From Isurus oxyrinchus (lineage: Eukaryota), in the NCBI GenBank assembly GCA_026770705.1, contig JANJGN010000034.1, positions 4,836,001-4,900,000 on the forward strand: a stretch of 64,000 bases of DNA, given 5' to 3'. Position numbers and translations under genes: made by a program. Under the pieces are notes generated by a model. That model was not told where the DNA came from, did no database searches, and worked only from the letters and a program-made list of their open reading frames with translations. Below, piece after piece: positions 62,501-64,000 of this stretch; the stretch's first letter is position 1; each line of letters starts with the position of its first letter.

Positions 62501-63346
62501 CGAGGACCCGAAAGATGCCATGATTCTAGAGCATAACTTCACCCACTTAGTACCACAGCTTCACTGCAAGGCCGGATGGGAAATTGTTTAACATATTTAT
62601 CGGAAATCATCTTTCTCTCTCAAATCCAAAAGCTCCATATCAAACTGGAAAAAAAAAATCCACTTTCAAGGCATCCTTTCAATGAATTTGACATAATGAG
62701 CTATCGACTCTATTTTCAACGTGGCTGCGTTGACATGAAGACTGAAAAAAAAGTTTTTTAAAGCGTTGATTAACTGGAAGCCTTTCATTTACCACATAAG
62801 ATGGGATGTCTAGTAAAATTTCCTATACTAACTCCTGACAAGGAAGATGTAACCATAGATAAAAAAAACTGAGGATGCTGGAAATCTGAAACACAACCAG
62901 AATTGCCTGGAAAAACTCAGGAGGTCTGGCAGTTCTGTGGAAGGGTCATGAGGACAAAAAACTCGTTTCTTCTCCGCTGATGCTGCCCGACCTGTTTAGT
63001 TTTTCTGGGTAAAGATGTAACTACATGTCTACTGATCCAGAGACAATGGAACTGGTGGATTTATTTTCCATTTTCAAAGCAGGCAAGTGTTAGCATAAAG
63101 GGTTCACCCGTTTATGACCAATGCTATGGTTTTATCTTCTCAGCTGATGATATTAAAATCAGAGAAGAAAGTAAGTATTCAGCCGAAAACCTAATTGTTC
63201 AAGAATACGTGTATATTTTGAAATAATTATCAGACTGTTTTTTTTTTTACATTTTAACAAGGAAGAGCCCTAATTATTGTTTCTTTTTCATTTAATATAT
63301 TTTTTTTCTTTTCCATCAGAACTGAAGAAATGTCTGGACGTGCTCA
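23457..63346 (+). CDS. Partial multi-exon gene of symmetric phase-1 microexons encoding a coiled-coil-like repeat protein (unidentified; architecture resembles butyrophilin/BG tails or CD23 stalk)
   Basis: At least 14 AG/GT-bounded exons, all multiples of 3 and all open in phase 1. Spliced microexons read VIEKLIQLQEVA-ERTIKRKDE-ELETLRQLNDEK-DDIIGQKET-VIRELNTLVERI-EAKIAKRDI-DVSTCDKMSN-EFNDYNDSACE-EKTLLEKEM-ELFQYDAET-QEKINIERS-ADDIKIREE-KLKKCLDVL. The gene probably continues past the window end. Confidence 0.8.
24300..24800 (-). mobile_element. Second LINE family 3' fragment, decayed
   Basis: gactagcatttattgtccgtc...gaatggtgtgtga matches the reverse complement of the 5480-6040 family tail. Confidence 0.55.
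25190..29330 (-). mobile_element. Near full-length decayed CR1 LINE (ORF1, endonuclease, RT, 3' tail)
   Basis: RT in ORF 26315-26701 (IFQSSLEIGEVPEDW...PVSLTSVVSKLVE...QHGFGKRRSCLTSLLE...YMDFSKAF); endonuclease in 27759-27950 (AVYYR...IIVGNFIYP); ORF1 Cys motif CSSCRIWE near 29260-29285. Confidence 0.93.
28320..28352. repeat. Poly-C tract
   Basis: Run of more than 20 C within the CR1 copy. Confidence 0.9.
29540..30150 (-). mobile_element. Second LINE family RT fragment
   Basis: Reverse complement gagacttattgcctttgacatgaaactagtggctgactggtgtgacatcaagg is a decayed ALDIKAAFDRVWHQG motif. Confidence 0.6.
30550..31560. repeat. GC/G-rich unclassified interspersed repeat
   Basis: Abrupt switch to G-rich, CpG-containing sequence with G-runs (31365-31452); no recognisable protein. 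Confidence 0.4.
32410..32424 (+). CDS. Candidate 15-nt phase-1 microexon (ERRHK)
   Basis: ttgttcttgctcttgcAG acceptor and AAC/gtaatg donor; alternative upstream acceptor at 32357. Confidence 0.4.
32591..32662 (+). CDS. Candidate 72-nt phase-1 exon (xYVPVGIVVSWLGGKLSYTDADEK)
   Basis: ttctgtttcctccttggaAG acceptor; weak AAG/gttatc donor; alternative donor gttagg after 32621. Confidence 0.4.
32774..32809 (+). CDS. Microexon A1, 36 nt (VIEKLIQLQEVA)
   Basis: tttcttccccctttttgatAG / CAG gtgata; aligns with A2 and A3. Confidence 0.75.
32880..33700 (+). mobile_element. Decayed CR1 RT fragment
   Basis: tatatggatattcaaagggactttgttaag (YMDIQRDFVK) and ggtgttgctcaagggtcagtgctg (GVAQGSVL). Confidence 0.7.
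33765..34980 (-). mobile_element. Penelope-like retroelement 3' part with decayed GIY-YIG endonuclease
   Basis: - strand 34609-34505 reads FQVKQQFISTSLNLIYSIRCSQCGLLYI*EAKQ; further 3' RKLQEQYLIF*IRPLLPSRFNIELNN; terminal repeat at 33765-33885. Confidence 0.85.
35240..36120 (-). mobile_element. Second LINE family fragment, decayed
   Basis: ORF 35445-35663 MEYSPLAWNWLAPNN matches the EFSPLA...AAPTT segment of the 5480-6040 copy. Confidence 0.65.
36380..37545 (+). mobile_element. CR1 LINE RT to 3' end
   Basis: cacaaggcgtttaataaggtgcctcagcaaagatta (KAFNKVPQQRL); tail gaatagcagagcagtctcgaagggccgtgtgccctatttctgct. Confidence 0.85.
37790..38430 (-). mobile_element. Decayed LINE fragment (second family)
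   Basis: tggagtggattgaaatggccgaagattggcagctgcgatgctgg... resembles internal sequence of the second LINE family. Confidence 0.45.
38990..39300 (+). mobile_element. Decayed CR1 3' end
   Basis: Ends gagccaaataacgagtttctgtgtcgtatttcctat, similar to the CR1 tail at about 5230-5270. Confidence 0.5.
41430..41456 (+). CDS. Microexon B1, 27 nt (ERTIKRKDE)
   Basis: ttgttttattatcatttatAG / AAG gtagga. Confidence 0.8.
41610..41915 (-). mobile_element. tRNA-derived SINE with a tail resembling the second LINE family
   Basis: ttccctaaaggacattagtgaattagatggg core; reverse-complement head atagtagtattatcgtcgcaagcctaataatcc...cccgggttccaaactc with A/B-box-like motifs. Confidence 0.65.
44210..44405. mobile_element. 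Palindromic Penelope-derived short element (hairpin)
   Basis: Arms aaacaaaaacagaattacctggcaaaactcagcaggtctggcagcatcggcg (44244-44295) and cgccgatgctgccagacctgcagagtttttccaggtaattccgtttttgttt (44354-44405) are near-perfect reverse complements. Confidence 0.85.
44962..45030. repeat. (TTA)n microsatellite
   Basis: gttattattagtattgttattattattattattattagttacattataattattattcttattatc. Confidence 0.85.
45641..45676 (+). CDS. Microexon A2, 36 nt (ELETLRQLNDEK)
   Basis: ttttccgaattatattcacAG / AAG gtgtga. Confidence 0.75.
46314..46340 (+). CDS. Microexon B2, 27 nt (DDIIGQKET)
   Basis: tttatttaccgctgcAG / CAG gtatat. Confidence 0.8.
46620..46682. repeat. Imperfect (TG)n microsatellite
   Basis: gagtgtgtgtgcgggcgagcgtgtatgtcggtgtgcatgtgtgttggtgtg. 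Confidence 0.6.
48206..48241 (+). CDS. Microexon A3, 36 nt (VIRELNTLVERI)
   Basis: tgtctgttttcttctgccAG / TAG gtgaga. Confidence 0.85.
48590..48855 (+). mobile_element. Second LINE family 3' end
   Basis: ctgacttggaaatatatc-like motif (ctgtcttggaaatatatcaccgttcctt), caccaccaccttctcaaggg...gcaataaatattggctacgccagc. Confidence 0.8.
49592..49618 (+). CDS. Microexon B3, 27 nt (EAKIAKRDI)
   Basis: ctcaaactccttttttAG / TAG gtaaaa. Confidence 0.8.
51159..51188 (+). CDS. Microexon A4, 30 nt (DVSTCDKMSN)
   Basis: ttttgtctgcatttgatttgcAG / ATG gtgagt. Confidence 0.8.
51880..52320 (-). mobile_element. Second LINE family 3' fragment, decayed
   Basis: atttccaagtagggtgagtgtaacttgatggaaacttgca matches the reverse complement of 48600-48670. 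Confidence 0.6.
52422..52454 (+). CDS. Microexon A5, 33 nt (EFNDYNDSACE); read-through gives a possible terminal exon ending at stop 52549
   Basis: gttgattgtgcAG / AAG gtgata (same donor hexamer as A1); frame stays open to TAA at 52547-52549; AATAAA at 52582-52587. Confidence 0.6.
52887..52913 (+). CDS. Microexon B4, 27 nt (EKTLLEKEM)
   Basis: cttctttgtgatctttgctgcAG / TGG gtaagg. Confidence 0.85.
53350..54400 (+). mobile_element. Second LINE family RT fragment
   Basis: gatatcaagggaacagttgaccaatcatggcatcaa (DIKGTVDQSWHQ, decayed DIKAAFDRVWHQ); cagctccaacaacaattaagaag near 54270. Confidence 0.7.
56374..56400 (+). CDS. Microexon A6, 27 nt (ELFQYDAET)
   Basis: tttttctccacttcgccctttgtAG / CGC gtgagt. 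Confidence 0.8.
56690..57420 (-). mobile_element. Highly decayed CR1 fragment
   Basis: Pyrimidine-rich decayed sequence resembling - strand CR1 ORF2 elsewhere in the window. Confidence 0.4.
58530..59400 (-). mobile_element. Highly decayed CR1 3' fragment
   Basis: agcatagctcaaatttccagtacatcctgcc, ctcatgggagctccaaatacaaagatctg resemble - strand CR1 ORF2. Confidence 0.4.
59874..59900 (+). CDS. Microexon B5, 27 nt (xEKINIERS)
   Basis: gctatgctctcttacAG / GTG gtaaat. Confidence 0.75.
60480..60900 (-). mobile_element. Second LINE family 3' end
   Basis: ttcatgggatatgggcgaggctggg...gtgacagtgagagatggcgatctatttccaagtcag is the reverse complement of the family tail. Confidence 0.75.
62860..63012. mobile_element. 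Palindromic Penelope-derived short element
   Basis: gatgctggaaatctgaaacacaaccagaattgcctggaaaaactcaggaggtctggcag...gatgctgcccgacctgtttagtttttctgggtaa; same family as 44210-44405. Confidence 0.8.
63144..63170 (+). CDS. Microexon B6, 27 nt (ADDIKIREE)
   Basis: ggttttatcttctcAG / AAA gtaagt. Confidence 0.85.
63320..63346 (+). CDS. Microexon A7, 27 nt (KLKKCLDVL)
   Basis: tttttttcttttccatcAG / TCA gtgagt; 149-nt intron after B6. Confidence 0.85.
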
Positions 63347-64000
63347 GTGAGTACTTTTTGCAGAGATATATGTGTTCCCTTTTACATTACTCGAGCACAT
63401 TTTTCCCTGCACATATGTTGTGAATGAAGTAATTAAATGCAAGGCTAGAACATCAGATTATTTTAAATTTAGATATACACAAGGAATTGTGAGCAGATAA
63501 GCTCTTAAAGGCCTTTTGGGGATTCCAACTCACTCTATGTTAGCAAAGCAAAACAATGGATTTCGATATGGCCGACCATTATATGCAAATTTACAATGAG
63601 AACTTTTAACAATATAGCGAGCAAAAAACCCTTAGAGACTGCTGTGGAGCAATATAATCTAAGCTTTTAGAGAACAGCACATAACGCTATATTAAAGAAG
63701 CTGAGCAACACTTTTGTCAAAGAGCATTTAAAGAGAATTTAATAGGATGGATAACAGGCAGAAATACAAAGACCACAAACATGATAACATCAGCGCTTGA
63801 GGGCAAAAGAATTGAAGACATTCAACAATTGGGCAGTGAGATAAGGATTATTATGGAGCCAGAACTGGATGAGTGAACGTAACAGTGACAGAAAGTGGGT
63901 CATCATTTTGTTTCAGCATAAGATTTTGGCACATAAAATTTGTGGAATATTAACATTTAACGGTGAATTATTTGCCCCTGCTGACCTGCTGGTCTGCCTA

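Noticed and set aside
1-64000. CRISPR arrays, rRNA/tRNA genes, operons, Ig/B30.2/lectin domain exons
   Set aside because: None seen. The sequence is eukaryotic, the tRNA-like segments are decayed SINE heads, and no domain-sized exon was recognised, so no gene symbol is assigned

Overview
Vertebrate genomic DNA, most likely from a shark (inferred from the repeat families). The window is mostly intronic and dominated by decayed CR1 LINEs, a second CR1/L2-group LINE family, tRNA-derived SINEs and Penelope-like elements. Most ORFs in the supplied track are spurious or transposon-derived. The main signal is largely missed by the ORF track: a + strand gene built from at least 13 tiny symmetric phase-1 exons (27-36 nt) spread over about 31 kb (32774-63346), plus a 111-nt exon at 23457. 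The microexons fall into two alternating classes: type A (donor always GTG) and type B (27 nt, donor always GTA). An A+B pair (36+27 = 63 nt) encodes a 21-aa, three-heptad coiled-coil-like repeat. There are also apparent dead exons and a possible alternative terminal exon with an ITIM-like motif and AATAAA. The architecture recalls butyrophilin/BG cytoplasmic tails or CD23-type stalks, but I found no Ig, B30.2 or lectin exon in the window, so the gene is unidentified. All exons were called by eye from splice signals, and repeat boundaries are approximate.
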